A stretch of 64,000 nucleotides of DNA from Octopus sinensis (GCF_006345805.1 NC_043014.1:25792001-25856000), one strand, 5' to 3'; shown: positions 25,739-39,148, counted from the first letter of the stretch. Numbers and translations are program-made. The notes: a model not told the origin generated them from the letters alone.

Positions 25739-28115
25739 CTAGCAGAATTGCCCGGCGATGCTCGGGGCTGAATTGCTTGAAAGTACTGTTAATGATTGCA
25801 CTGAATTATGATGATTATTCAGGCAAATATTGATATAAGTTTACGGTGGGAGATAAGGACTTAATGATCAAACGTGTGCCATTGCATTGTTTTGGGGGAA
25901 CCAAATTTCTTATGAGCATTATAGGGGCACCAACTTTAAGTTTGAGAATGTGTGGTGGTAGTCCGGTGGGCTCAAAGGAATTGAGTACCTCTATTGGATA
26001 GTTGATGACGTCCTCTGGGTCAGGAGTTGTATCGATAGACTTATATACATAGACATCCCCAGGAATGAGTTTTAGCATTTCATCATTAATATGGTGAACA
26101 GTTTTATTCCTCGGGGCCAGAATAGCCCTTTGGCCAATCCAATCCATATTCTGATAATTAGCTTGTAGATCTGGGAACACTGCATCTCTGAGATCAGAAG
26201 GCGTTTTAACAATGGTATAAATGGAATCGATGGCAATATTACCATTTTCATCCCCTGGTATTTTGCCTTCGCCAAGTGCAAGGAGGGTGTGAGAAAATGC
26301 TGCTGATGTGATATTACGTCGCATATGAGCACGCATATTGGTGTGAAGTTTGAGAGTCTTCACCAGTGCCACAATGTGGATGACTTAAGACACGCACTTA
26401 CTGCATCAGTTCTAGTCCCTTTGGAATAACAGAAGTGTTTGTCGGAAGTCCCCTGAAAGAAGAAGTGTTATGCCTCCCATGGGAGCTGAAGAGTGTTTGA
26501 TGTCTCTGAGAGATCTATCTAGTGCCTCAAGAGCACTTCTGTGGGCCATCGTGCATTCATCCCAAACGATAAGCTTGCATCGTCTGAAGACTTCTGCCTG
26601 ATCGGAGCTGTTACTGATGTTGCAAGTTGGTGTCTCAGTCTTCGCTAAGTCAAGCGGAAGCTTGAAAGTGGAGTGAGCTGTCCTGTCGCCTGGCAACAAA
26701 GTAGCCGCAATTCCAGAATGATGCCACAGCTAGGGCAATGCCTTGTATTCGCCTAATCTCAGCCAATATTAATTTGTTGAGAAAAGTTTTCGCAGTGCCC
26801 CCAGGAGCGTCCAGGAAAAATATCCCCACAGCTTTGGCCCGGACTGAATTAACAACGGAGTTGTAAGCGAACTCCTGTTCTGGAAGGAGCTTTGGCTCAT
26901 TGTCGGCTATGTACTCGGCAAGCTCGTCAACATTAAAACATGTCTCACGCAGCAAATGTGAAGACAGAGTGTTTGTGCCTTCCCGGTTTGTTGAAGGTAG
27001 GCCATAGACCGGCAAGGCACTACCGCCCATATCAAGCACAGTATCTTCAAACGTAGTTTGTTACACAGCCACACCTGCCCCTATGTATGTGTGTGTGTGT
27101 GTGTGTGTGTGTATGGGTAGATATATTATGCATGTATATATGTGTATATATATATGTGTGTACATATTACATGTACATCTATATATATATATATATATAT
27201 ACATCTACACATAAAATACAAAATAGAAAGTTATATCTTGATATCGCTAGTGATAACAATACTCAAAATATATAACAGACTGGAATTGTAGGCCCGTCTC
27301 TTGCAATTTCGATCAATTGGATCTTGTCCTCCCTCTTGTATAGAAGTGTACGGCTGCAGCGAAATTCATTTTTGGACTTTCTTCTATCGAAGGCATTATA
27401 ACAAAAATGCTTCCGTAAAGACGGTGAAAATATTGTCAATTTCCCCAAACAGGGACACAATTCAATTTTAAAATAATAACCAAATAGGGGGAGGGTTACG
27501 GTTTACAATTATTTAACAAATGCAACACAACGTTTCCCTGACGAGGAACCAACAAACGTGATTACAATAGTCAAACAGTAATAATAATAACAGCAAACCT
27601 TTTTAATGTATCCCCATTTATGTGAAACCACTTATTCAAGTTCAAGTCATTGATGCAATTTTATACGAATTGCTAATACACACACACATAATAAGGGTGA
27701 AAAATTGAATATTAATTTGATTAATATGAATTGAAAACCAGTGGTGTAGCATATAAGACCATAGCGGATCTTCTTCTAGCAAAAAGGATGACCAGTATTA
27801 ATTGCTCATCCCTTTTATATAAATACTTTCACTTTAATTGTTGCACACTTGCAAAGAGAAAGGAGGAGAAAGTGTAGTGATAATGGTAGGAGTGAAGCAC
27901 TTGAAATGAAAGAGGGAAATCGTAAAATATTGAGTTTGCTCGAATTTTTGCTTAATTGGGGGTGAAATTGAAAAAACTTTACATGCCATGACCCAATGGA
28001 ATCTACTTGGAAAAATGATACGTAAATTCCAATTGAAGAAGTTCTATATTGTAGAATTGTATAAAAAAACCAACGTTTTGGGAGGCAGAGAAAATCTGCC
28101 TTTTATCATAAGAGA
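25739..28115 (-). mobile_element. Helitron with degenerate Pif1-type helicase fragment
   Basis: 5' TCtcttatgataaaaggcag at 28115 (same terminus as 10375); 3' hairpin cccgagcatcgccggg plus CTAG|T at 25739. ORFs with FFLDAPGGTAKT, IVWDECTM, GDFRQTL, RAILAPRN, LKVGAPIMLIRNL..CNGTRL. Confidence 0.9.
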
Positions 28116-28424
28116 TATATATATAAAAATATATATGTATAATATATATATATTATAATATATAATATATATATATATATATAGATATATAATATATATA
28201 TAGATATATCATAATATATAATATATATATAGATATCAATATATATATAGTATATAATGTATATATATAGATATATAATATATATATATAATATATATAT
28301 AATAAATATAATATATATATAATATATAACGGGAAGCTTTATGAAAATAGACAAAAGACGAAGGCAGGTGGAAAACAAACAAACAATTGTATAGTATGGC
28401 GCTCAGGAAATATAATAAAACAAG

Positions 28425-28462
28425 TCTTTAACGTTTCGAGCCTACGCTCTTCAACAGAAAGA
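28425..28462 (-). ncRNA. Variant ultra-minimal hammerhead-like motif
   Basis: tcttt CTGTTGAA GAGC-gtag-GCTC GAA AC-GT T aaaga. Confidence 0.4.
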
Positions 28463-28587
28463 TACACAGAGAGAGAAAAAAACACAGAAAGAAGGAGAGA
28501 AAAAAAATGCGTGCAGTAACGAATCAACATGGCGATCAACATGGTGCAGTAACTAACGAATCAACATGGCGATATATATAATATATT

Positions 28588-28619
<32 letters not shown>

Positions 28620-28629
28620 AATATAATAT

Positions 28630-28663
<34 letters not shown>

Positions 28664-28732
28664 ATATATATATATATATATAAATATAATATATATATAT
28701 ATATATAATATATATATATATAATATATATAT

Positions 28733-31645
28733 TGTTACGGTTTAGCTGGTGCATTTCCGGTGACCCACATTGGAATTATGGTTCCGGCATGTCTAGTAGA
28801 AAAGTGACAGTCTTGTTTAATGGAGGACTAATGGGTTTTGGAATGACCTGTGACCTTGTGCGGGTGAATTAGGGGTCGCTCTGGACACCCCTTGAATATG
28901 TCGTAGAGAGAGGATGAGGGGGCAGGGAGGGACAGGCAGAGAGTATTTAGAGCTGTCAAGAGAGGGTAATAGGCAGCAGGCGATAGAGATAGGCAGTAAG
29001 AGAAAGGGACAGATTAGAGGGTAATAGGCAGCAGGTGATAGAGATAGGCAGTAAGATCAAGAGAGCAGATAGAAAGGCTATAAGCAGTAAGGGACAGATT
29101 GAGGATATGGATAGAGTATAAGGACCAGGGCAGTTAGAGAGGGTGTGAGCGGTACAGAGGGAGATGAGGGAGTGGAAGCGAGGACAGAGACGAAGTGAGG
29201 TCTTGGCAGTCGTCGAGGAACACAGACGGATCTTGTGGTTGCTGGCCGGTCCTCGAAGAAGACAGACGGACCTTGGATTTAAGGAGCAAGCGTTGGATGC
29301 GAGAAAGCTTGGCGGCACAGAAGGGAATTAGCAGTATTCAGAGGAATTAGCAGTATTGAGAGGAATGGGACACTGGCAGATTCAATTAGGAATTGAGGTA
29401 TGTGTTTGTGCATTGATATGTGTCACGGTGTATTGAACAGTGAAAAGAACAGTCAAGGGCTCTGTCGATGTGGTCGATAAAGGACATTGTGAAGAAGAAG
29501 AGTAAAGGACTTGTTGATTGTGATGTTTAGAAAAAGAGACTTTAAAGAACTGTTGTCTGGGACGTGTACTCTTGAATTGTTACATGATGTGTTTATTATG
29601 CTTGAGTTGTACTCTTGAAATGCTGTTGTATTATGTATTGAGGTCACGTGCATGCTTTGATGTATCTTGATGTTGTAACAATTGTAATTGTCGTATAAAC
29701 TGTTGTTTGAATATAAGCCAGTGTTGCCAGTTGTTGCCTTGCCTCTTTGGGTTGTATCTCGGGTTGTGCCTCTGTATCTCTGTGCTGTTGAGGTTGTGGC
29801 AGTATCTATCTGTATCTCCTCTCTCCGCCTCTTTGGGCTCCGTGGCGGAACTTGTGTGAGCCGTTCGGGACGGGCGACGACGGGTGATTCCGTAACAACC
29901 GGTGCCAGAAATGGGATTGTCCTGATTGCTGCGTTTCGATCGGTTCTTTTTCGCTATGGATTTGTCTGGCTGTCAGACCGGAGACGAGGGGATTTCGCTT
30001 GCCCTGATTGTGGAGATGTTAAGGGGCCAGATGGCGCAGACGGATGCGCTCATGGAAAGGATGGACGAGAGGCGACAGGGCCTGTGGGCAGATCAGCGGG
30101 AGCCTGAGGCTGCGGATGGGTCAGCCTTGAAGGATCGGTGTTGGACCGAGGATAGCGACGGTCCTGTGGGCAGAGATTGCCCGTCGAACGAAGCATCGAG
30201 GGAAACAGATAGTGAAGGAAGTGTTGCCAAAATCTGTGATGCTGGACCGGCTGTGTTTGCGGAACCTGGGCTGGTTGCCGAAATTTGTGACGCTGTACCC
30301 AAGAAATCTTGTGATTTGGAACCCGTAGAGGTTGAAGTAACCAAAAGGCTTGTTGAAGGTGTTATGGCTGATGCTGTTGTTCCGTGTCTGGAGCCCTTGG
30401 CATCTCGACCCCTGTCTCTCGGAGCTCAGGACGAAGAGCTGGCGAGGTCTGGGGCGAATGTCGCTGAGTCCGAGGTTCCGGCTCTGTGTGTGATGGTCGC
30501 GGCAGGTGTTGTGCCGTGTGCGAGTCCTTTGGTGTTGTTGGACCCCTGTCTCCTGGGCCCAGAGGGACTGTATGGTTCCCACCGTGGAGAGGCCACAGGC
30601 GTGGATGGACCGGCGGCCGAGCGTGTGTGCTGTGAGGCCTGCGGGACGGAAGCTGGTGAGGAAAAGGGCCAGGCCCGTTGACGAGGCGAGACGGCTGCGA
30701 ACGGTGGTGGGTCCACCGAGACCAGGAAGACCGCTTCAGTGTTGGGTGAGCTTTGTGGTCGATGGTCGCGTGGGGCCGGTGGAGCCCGACAGGCAGTGCC
30801 TAGTGAAAGCTCGATTGAGGGTCGGGTGGCCCCCAGTGGAAGCAGAAGCTGGTGGAGCGCTGGGCGGGTCGGCCGATCTTTTGGAAGTGGCACAGGCGAT
30901 TTGCAGAAGGCAAATCGAGGAATCGTGCCAGATGGCGGGCCAGTGTTGGGGCCAGCTCTGCCGATACGGCAACGCAGTTGAAGGAGGTGGTGGCCCACGG
31001 ATGCAGTTGAGGAAGCGGTCCGCAAGGAGTCGCTGGTGCCCTGTTGGCACTTGGGGGAGCTCTGTATTTGATGGTTGCGTGGGGCCGGTGGAGCCCGACA
31101 TGCAGTGCGGAGTAAGAGCTCAATTGAGGGTCGGCTGGACCCTGGTGGAGGCAGAGGCTGACAGAGCGCTGGTTGGGTCGGCCGAGTTATTGAAGGCTTC
31201 GTCGACCAAGGCGGTCGTCGCTTGAGGAAGCAGCGAGGCCGGAGGAAGGTCCCAGTACAGCAGCGCAAGAGGAGATATCGGCGACGGGGAACAGTGGAAA
31301 AGCGGAATGGTCCCTGGTCGTCGGCGATAGTTGCGCGGAATGGGGATGGCACAGCGAAGTGCTACGTGGGATATAGACCCTGAGGAAGGTGGGCCACTGT
31401 GAAGGATTGGCCGGACCCTGCCTGTGAATTGATTTGAGGAATTTGAGGACTTCCTCGGACATTGCGCCTATTGTGGGCGGCAGTAGGAAGCCTGGCGGCC
31501 TGGCGGAGGTATTACCCAAGCCGCAGAGGGAAGGTGCCAACCTGTGGCTGGTGCTGAGTGGTGGCGTGTGGAGGGTGAGACCCCCGGAGGGAAACCACCC
31601 AGGGACCCTGGTGAGCTCGCCTCGGAGGTGCGGGTTTGTTATGCT
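28733..31645 (+). mobile_element. Non-autonomous LTR retrotransposon (5' LTR 28733-29897, PBS 29900-29917, no recognisable pol, 3' LTR stub)
   Basis: LTR ends TGTTACGG..CCGTAACA; PBS cggtgccagaaatgggat resembles the tRNA-Leu PBS TGGTGTCAGAAGTGGGAT; G-rich tract then TGTTATG at 31637. Confidence 0.7.
29926..30681 (+). CDS. Putative degenerate gag-position ORF of the LTR element
   Basis: Starts just after the PBS with a helical/coiled-coil-like N-terminus; no diagnostic motif. Confidence 0.35.
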   Translation: MLRFDRFFFAMDLSGCQTGDEGISLALIVEMLRGQMAQTDALMERMDERRQGLWADQREPEAADGSALKDRCWTEDSDGPVGRDCPSNEASRETDSEGSVAKICDAGPAVFAEPGLVAEICDAVPKKSCDLEPVEVEVTKRLVEGVMADAVVPCLEPLASRPLSLGAQDEELARSGANVAESEVPALCVMVAAGVVPCASPLVLLDPCLLGPEGLYGSHRGEATGVDGPAAERVCCEACGTEAGEEKGQAR

Positions 31646-31667
31646 TTTTGTCGGGTCGACAAAGCTT

Positions 31668-32360
<693 letters not shown>

Positions 32361-32369
32361 TGATTTTGA

Positions 32370-34376
32370 TTTTTCCAGTTTCAGCTATGAGCTGTGGCCA
32401 TGCTGGGGCACCGCCATTTGGTTTGCTAAACGATTTTACCTCACGGATGCTTTTTAGCAAACGCCATCTGATGCATGAGAGAGTTCGATGCAGCTGCCCT
32501 CATCTGCACCTCCTGCTGTGAAGTTGGTTCATCCGAGACACCTGACAGGAAGCGATCCAGTCCTACTTTAAAGACATTCGCATCTACACCATGCAGGTCC
32601 CTCAGGTTCTTCGGGAGGATATTGAAGAGCTGTGGGCCTCTGAAGCCCAGGCTATCACAATATCTTGTCCTACATCTTGATGGCAAATTTGGAGTCCTTG
32701 GTACTATGCAGTGGCGCCCGGTTCTGGCATTTGTGTGACTCTCGATGCCAAAGTTTGGGACAAGTCCTTCCGGGATCTTCCAGATATATATTATGGCATA
32801 TCTTTCTCGCCTACGCTCCAGGGAATAGAGCTTTAATCTCTTGAGTCTTTCCCAGTAGCTCATATGCTGCACAGAGGCTATCTTCTTTGTGTAGCTTCGT
32901 TGGATCGCCTCAAGTTCTGTGATCAACTTGACACTATGGTGACCATAGCTGAGAGCAATAGTCAAAGTGGCTTCAGAACAAGTGTCTTCCAGAGGACCAT
33001 CATGGTTTCTTGTTCTCTTGTTCTAAAGGTTCTAAGAATCCATCAGCCAGCCGTCTACATTTCATTGCCAGTTTAGCAACATGTACATGAAAGGTCGCGT
33101 CATCACTCATGTGAATACCCAGGTCACACACTGATTGTGCCTCTGGGATTGCAATCCCTCCGGGTCCAGTGTATTCATTGGTATGCATTCAGTTTTGCAT
33201 GCTGATAGTATAAAGCTTGAAACTTTTCAGCATTGAACTGCATGCTATTCTTTTCAGCCACGTGTATATTTCGTCCAGCTCACATTGCAGGTGCTTAGTG
33301 TCCTCAGGGGTCTGTATTGCCTGTGAAACTTTTGTATCATCTGCATAACTTGTGATCGTGGATCTCTGCGTGGCTGAGGGCATGTCTGAGAGGGCCATTA
33401 TGAACAGTAGTGGTCCCAAACAGTCCTTGCGAACACCGCTCATTATTTGCGTGTTAATGGAAGTGGCCCCATTGGCTGCTACCACCTGACTTCTATTCTT
33501 CAGAAAGTCATGAAGCCATTCTCCCAATTTTCCAACTATGCCAAGATCACGCAGTTTGTGACATATCATTCCATGATCGACTTTATCAAAGGCCTTTGCA
33601 AAGTCGAGATATATGACTTCCACATTTGAATGGTTAAGCAGTTGTTTCAGCACCCACTCATAGTGTTGTAGGAGCTGAGTTAAGCAGCTTCTTCCTGGTC
33701 GGAAACCATGTTGGGTGTCAGGCAGCAAGTCATTTTCTTCAAGGAAGGTGATTAGTTTCCTTCTGACCACTCGTTCCATGACCTTGCTGATGTGTGAGGT
33801 GAGAGAGATAGGTCTGTACTTCTTGGCCTCCGCTCTGCTACCTCCTTTATGAATAGGGCATATGTTACCTTCCTTCAGTTTTTTTGGAAGTTTGCCAGCT
33901 GCAAGGAAGCTCTGAAAGAGGAACTGCAGTGGTCTTGCTAGGACTCTCTTACATACTTTTAGGAGGATTGCCGGGAATCCATCGGGGCCAATAGCTGAGT
34001 CTGTTTTCATTTCATCTATAGCCTTTATTACATCGTCTTCCTTTATATCGATGTAATTTATCGTCGCCGCCGCTCTGATTTTATATCTGCAGTGGTAAAG
34101 AAGTCAGTTGGATTGCTGATTTGAAGTGCCCAAGGGTGGAGTGAAAACACTCTTGAATTGCTCATTCAGTCTTCACTTACCCTCATTGTTTTCCTGTGAG
34201 TGTGCCATCCTTTTCAAGGAGTGGCCCTATCCTACAGTGCACCGTAGCTTTTCTTTGGCATACCTGTAGAAAGCTCTGGGGTAGTTTTTATGTTGTCTAT
34301 AGCCCAGGCTTCTTTGTCTGCTCTTTCCTTTCATGGAAAATTCTATGCATAAGAAGTATGGCGAACTACAAGAACT
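32370..34376 (-). mobile_element. CR1/L2-like LINE RT region, few frameshifts, truncated by an assembly gap
   Basis: GPDGFP, YRPISLTS, QHGFRPGRSC, YLDFAKAFDKVDH, SYADDTK; same 3' tail as 4430-4480. Confidence 0.93.
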
Positions 34377-34377
34377 A

Positions 34378-34477
34378 NNNNNNNNNNNNNNNNNNNNNNN
34401 NNNNNNNNNNNNNNNNNNNNNNNNNNNNNNNNNNNNNNNNNNNNNNNNNNNNNNNNNNNNNNNNNNNNNNNNNNNNN
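34378..34477. other. Assembly gap (100 N)
   Basis: N run. Confidence 1.
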
Positions 34478-34958
34478 TTGCTTCCATGTTAATTACTTCC
34501 ATCTTTCTACCTCCATTCATAAATACTTTATATTAATGGTTCTACGATGGAACCAGTCTCCGCGCCCTACTGGAGGCAGCAGCTCAACTTCACCGTTCTC
34601 GTCCTCCTTCACAAACTCCTGGAGGCCCGCCAACTTAGCCAGGTCTATCTCTCTTTCCGTTGACTTCTTCGTTACACCTGCGTAGGTGCCTTCCATCTTT
34701 TTCACCGCCAAATCCTCCTCAGATGTCGATACTTCCGTCGAAATTTCAGAGAAATTTCTCCCTTCCATCTCCTCCGTTTGATGGAGGCGGCTCATAATCG
34801 CCTCAGACCGAAAAACGGCCTCCCGAACCGAAAAAGTGCAACGCGCAGAACCAGTGGAACGCGAAACCGCACCAACCGACGTTCCAATTCCGCAACCACA
34901 ATTCACTTTTTGTGTTTTTCTTTTTTAACCGAATTTTACCAGAGCGCAAAAAAAACGC
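34478..34958 (-). mobile_element. 5' part of a second tandem copy of the gag/ORF1-only element
   Basis: 34478-34870 is near-identical to 36128-36520 and starts right after the A-rich tail of the upstream copy. Confidence 0.75.
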
Positions 34959-34959
34959 G

Positions 34960-36612
34960 TATTTTTTTATTACCCACTAGGGGCTACATAGAGGGGACAT
35001 TACAAACATTGGGGACATAGAACATCACAATTACATATATATGAGCAAAATGGAATATGAAAATGGTATATGAGAGTGATACCGACGGCCCATCCGCCAG
35101 CATCACTTATCTATCCTTCTTCACCCATTTCCAATTAGTATTCCTTTTTTCCTATCACAACATTCGTTTTTCTTTTAGCCATCTCTATCCATTCATCTTT
35201 CATTTCCACTGACTTCCAACACACACCCTCTTCCTCAAACCTTCTCGCCAATATACCCGTATCATCACTATCCACAGCCGTGTAGCTACAATCTTCGTGT
35301 TCGTACCACTTGGTTAACACCCGTTTTTTAACGTTTTGTATGTCTTTCCCATGTATAACACATAAAAAATGGGTCTTGGGACTTTCTTTGCTCTGTGTGT
35401 CTGTTTTTGATTTTCTGTAGGCGGGGAGTGGGTGGAATCACTGTTTGCAGGGGAAGGATGGGACTCCAAGGGTATGGGTGGTGTCGGGGTGGGTGGGGCT
35501 TCGCACAGTTTTTTCTTTTTCTTCTTTTTCTCTTTGTTCCCCCTTCTTTCCACTCTTGTTGCATCTCCTCTTCTTCTGTCGTTTTCTTCTCTGTTTGTTT
35601 CTGTTTATTTTCTTCCTCTCCTGAGGCTTCCTCAACGCTTTCCTTTTCTTTTTCCTTTGGTGGGGGAGGGCAGTAGGCTCTTATGTGACCCCTTTGGCCA
35701 CACTTGTAGCACCTGGGCGCCCTACCCTCCACCCACACTCTCATAATAATATTTCCAGTTTTTATGCTGTCCGTAATCCTCTCTATAACATCCGCCTCCG
35801 TTTGAATGTTCATAACTAGTGTGGCACCTCTCACGCCTTCATACTTCATAATGGCGTGGAGGATGTCCACTTTATCTTCATTTCCTTTTATAACCGCAGC
35901 CGTTATTAATTCGCCCTCTAGGTGTGGAGGTATTCCTTCCACCCTAATTCTGGTTGTCCGCCTATTCAGATACGAGGGTAACAAGTAAATCTTTTCTGTA
36001 CTCACCACCTTGGCTGCTACATTCCTGGCTGCTTTTTCACTTTTAAATTGCACCGTTACGGTTCCGTATTGTAATCCTTTTGTCATGTACACAATTTCCT
36101 CTCCTGTCTGCTTGAGAGCCTCTTCAATTGCTTCCATGTTAATTACTTCCATCTTTCTACCTCCATTCATAAATACTTTATATTTAATGGTTCTACGATG
36201 GAACCAGTCTCCGCGCCCTACTGGAGGCAGCAGCTCAACTTCACCGTTCTCGTCCTCCTTCACAAACTCCTGGAGGCCCGCCAACTTAGCCAGGTCTATC
36301 TCTCTTTCCGTTGACTTCTTCGTTACACCTGCGTAGGTGCCTTCCATCTTTTTCACCGCCAAATCCTCCTCAGATGTCGATACTTCCGTCGAAATTTCAG
36401 AGAAATTTCTCCCTTCCATCTCCTCCGTTTGATGGAGGCGGCTCATAATCGCCTCAGACCGAAAAACGGCCTCCCGAACCGAAAAAGTGCAACGCGCAGA
36501 ACCAGTGGAACGCGAAACCGCCCCAACGCCGTTCAAAACCTCCACAACAACAACAACTCTTTCTTTACCGAATTTTACGAGCGTAAAAAACACGGAGCCG
36601 AAAAAAACGCGA
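34960..36612 (-). mobile_element. Gag/ORF1-only non-LTR retroelement (HAL1-like)
   Basis: Single ORF, short 3' UTR ending ..tgtagcccctagtgggtAATAAAAAAAA; no EN or RT. Confidence 0.7.
35328..36446 (-). CDS. L1/Tx1-type ORF1 protein with RRM-like region and CCHC zinc knuckle (may extend to 35135 through indels)
   Basis: ATG at 36446 (MSRLHQ); YGTVTVQFKSEKAA, TTRIRVEGIPP, CYKCGQRGHIRAYC, then a charged/Pro-rich tail. Confidence 0.8.
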   Translation of the reverse strand: MSRLHQTEEMEGRNFSEISTEVSTSEEDLAVKKMEGTYAGVTKKSTEREIDLAKLAGLQEFVKEDENGEVELLPPVGRGDWFHRRTIKYKVFMNGGRKMEVINMEAIEEALKQTGEEIVYMTKGLQYGTVTVQFKSEKAARNVAAKVVSTEKIYLLPSYLNRRTTRIRVEGIPPHLEGELITAAVIKGNEDKVDILHAIMKYEGVRGATLVMNIQTEADVIERITDSIKTGNIIMRVWVEGRAPRCYKCGQRGHIRAYCPPPPKEKEKESVEEASGEEENKQKQTEKKTTEEEEMQQEWKEGGTKRKRRKRKNCAKPHPPRHHPYPWSPILPLQTVIPPTPRLQKIKNRHTEQRKSQDPFFMCYTWERHTKR

Positions 36613-36689
36613 CCTTTTTTCTCTACATTGTATACTTTATAGACAATAGTCTTTTCTTTAATTTAATTTTTTATTATCCATCTGGACTA

Positions 36690-37159
36690 TTCCATTTCTG
36701 CACGTTAATTTTATTTTTAATCTATTCCCATTCATGTGAAACCACTTATTCAAGTTCAAATCATTGATGCAATTTTATACCAATTGCTATTTTTACTTTT
36801 GTTATGTTACTTTAGTTTGATTTTAATTATTACTTACTACATATAATTCAATTGTTATTATTATTTCTATTGTTAAAGTGAAAGTATCTGACATAAAATA
36901 GAGAAACGTTTTTGTTACACTTTTAACACGTAATACTGAAATAGTGGAGAAGATATATTTTTTTACCCATGAAACTACATGGACCCTAAGTAAGGCATGT
37001 GTAAAATTTGATTGGAATTGGTTGTGTAGTTCTCAAGTTTTAGGGAATCGTAGTGGAGAAGATATGATATTGCTGTGGGCTCGCCTTAGGCAAAAAGTTC
37101 AAATTTTAGGGAAACACACAGACAGACAGACACACATTCTCAGTTTTATATATATAAAG
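36690..37159 (-). mobile_element. Helitron 5' fragment
   Basis: TCtttatatatataaaactgagaatgtgtgtctgtctg terminus; 36733-36790 matches 27621-27675. Confidence 0.55.
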
Positions 37160-37286
37160 ATATATACACACACACATATACGCACACACATACATGCATA
37201 CATACATGCATACATACATACATACATACATACATACATACATACATACATACATGCACGCATGCATACATACATACATACATACA

Positions 37287-37311
<25 letters not shown>

Positions 37312-37317
<6 letters not shown>

Positions 37318-38045
37318 GGAAAACTTTAGAGGGACTGGTACCTAATCTCGGCATTGAGTGTTATTCAAAAATGCCAGAACTGGCCATCATTGTATTACTC
37401 TTTTACTCTTTTACTTGTTTCAGCCATTTGACTGTGGCCATGCTGAGGCACCGCCTTTAGTCGAGCAAATCGATCCCAAGACTTATTCTTTGCAAACCTA
37501 GTACTTATTCTATCTGTCTCTTTTGCCGAACCGCTAAGTTACGGTTGTCAAGCGATGTTGGGGGGACAAATACAGACACACAAACACACACACACACACA
37601 CACACACATACATATATACGACGGGCTTCTCTCAGTTTCCGTCTACCAAATCCACTCACAAGGCTTTGGTCGGCCCGAGACTATAGGGGAAGACACTTGC
37701 CCAAGGTGCCATGCAGTGGGACTGAACTTGGAACCATATGGTTCGTAAGTAAGCTACTTACCACACAGCCACACCTACGCCTATATTGTACCAAAAGTAT
37801 TGTGCAAAAAGTAGTATCCACTCCATCTAAATTCAGGACAAGGTACTGTAACAGTCTAGGGTTCAAAGACCCACAGCTCTTCAATGCTCTGCTACAAAAA
37901 TTAAGAAACCTGCATTAGGCTGAAGTAGATGTCATCAAAAGGAACTAAACATCCTCCTCTCCATAATACCGGATGAACTAACAGCTCGACATGTGGTAGA
38001 GACGAGGGAGCGGAATGAAGCTTCCTTATACACCAAATGAGCCAA
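37312..38045 (+). mobile_element. Old CR1/L2-like LINE 3' fragment interrupted by a SINE
   Basis: IWKTLEGLVPNLGIE before the SINE and SKFRTRYCNSLGFKDPQLFN after it. Confidence 0.75.
37396..37783 (-). mobile_element. tRNA-derived cephalopod-type SINE, full length
   Basis: Head with A/B-box-like tggctgtgtggtaag / ggttccaagttcagtccc, internal (TG)n, LINE-like tail aaggcggtgcctcagcatggcc. Confidence 0.85.
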
Positions 38046-38190
38046 CAGCTGCGACAAAGGCACATTCAGGAGTGGTGATGTGAAACGCCCAAGACTGAGG
38101 AAATCAGAAAGCCCATTGTGGTGCTCCAGAATAACCGCAGCCGCATGGTTGAATCGAGTAAAAGGAATAAAAGAATATATGTATATATAT

Positions 38191-38311
<121 letters not shown>

Positions 38312-38621
38312 TTCAGAGGAATATGGTACTTAAGTTGAGGCACCAGAATTTAGTATGGTATTATGAATTTAGTACGGTGTATACTGGATTGCCTCAAGCT
38401 TATATATTTAATCTAGGTGTACCTGCTGATGAAGACTTCGCCTAGCAAATAGTTTTATTTGCTAAAAAAAGTCTGAAACTATGGTCCAGGAGATAGATGC
38501 TAAATGTTTTTATTTTTCATTCCCTCCAGAATTTATCCCTCATAGTGGTTTGGACTTTAGCTGTTCCTTCTAGCGTGCAAGGAATCCTACGATGGATACC
38601 TCTTATGTGTTTAAATGTAGA

Positions 38622-38721
<100 letters not shown>

Positions 38722-38786
38722 GGTCCCGGTTGAGTCGGGGTTAACCACAGTAAATAAGGTACTCAATACATAGCAGAGTAAATTAA

Positions 38787-38859
38787 TTTATTTTATAGAA
38801 GGAGCTTCTACAGGACTAGAACTGTTCTAGTCCTGTAGAAGCTCCTTCTATAAAATAAA
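38787..38859. repeat. Perfect hairpin, ~35-bp stem
   Basis: tttattttatagaaggagcttctacaggactagaac t gttctagtcctgtagaagctccttctataaaataaa. Confidence 0.9.
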
Positions 38860-38925
38860 AAAAATAAAAAATAAAAATATATATATATATATATTATATA
38901 TATATATAGATATATGTATATAATG

Positions 38926-39148
38926 GAACAAAAACGCAATAGAGGACTATAAAACATTTGGACAGATAGACGATACAAAGGTGGGCTGGAAGAACAACAA
39001 TTAGGACAGGGGAAACAAGGTCGGGGTCATTCGTGGCATTCTTTCTTCAGTCAAGTTACCAAATATCGTAATTATTGTTTTTCCCTGTCTGCCTTTGTAT
39101 CGTCTATCTGTCCTGATGTTTTATTGTCCTCTATTACGTTTTAGTTCA
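38926..39148. repeat. Imperfect inverted repeat; related segments at 40355-40580 and 41115-41340
   Basis: gatagacgatacaaag.. arms in opposite orientation; homologous blocks downstream. Confidence 0.7.

Noticed and set aside
30426-31352. 308-aa minus ORF and overlapping ORFs in the LTR interior
   Set aside because: GC-rich, stop-poor sequence open in several frames; no domain motifs.
34196-34536. ORFs spanning the N run joining the LINE RT to the gag ORF
   Set aside because: Gap artefact; a single ORF1+ORF2 element across the gap cannot be inferred, though it is not strictly excluded.
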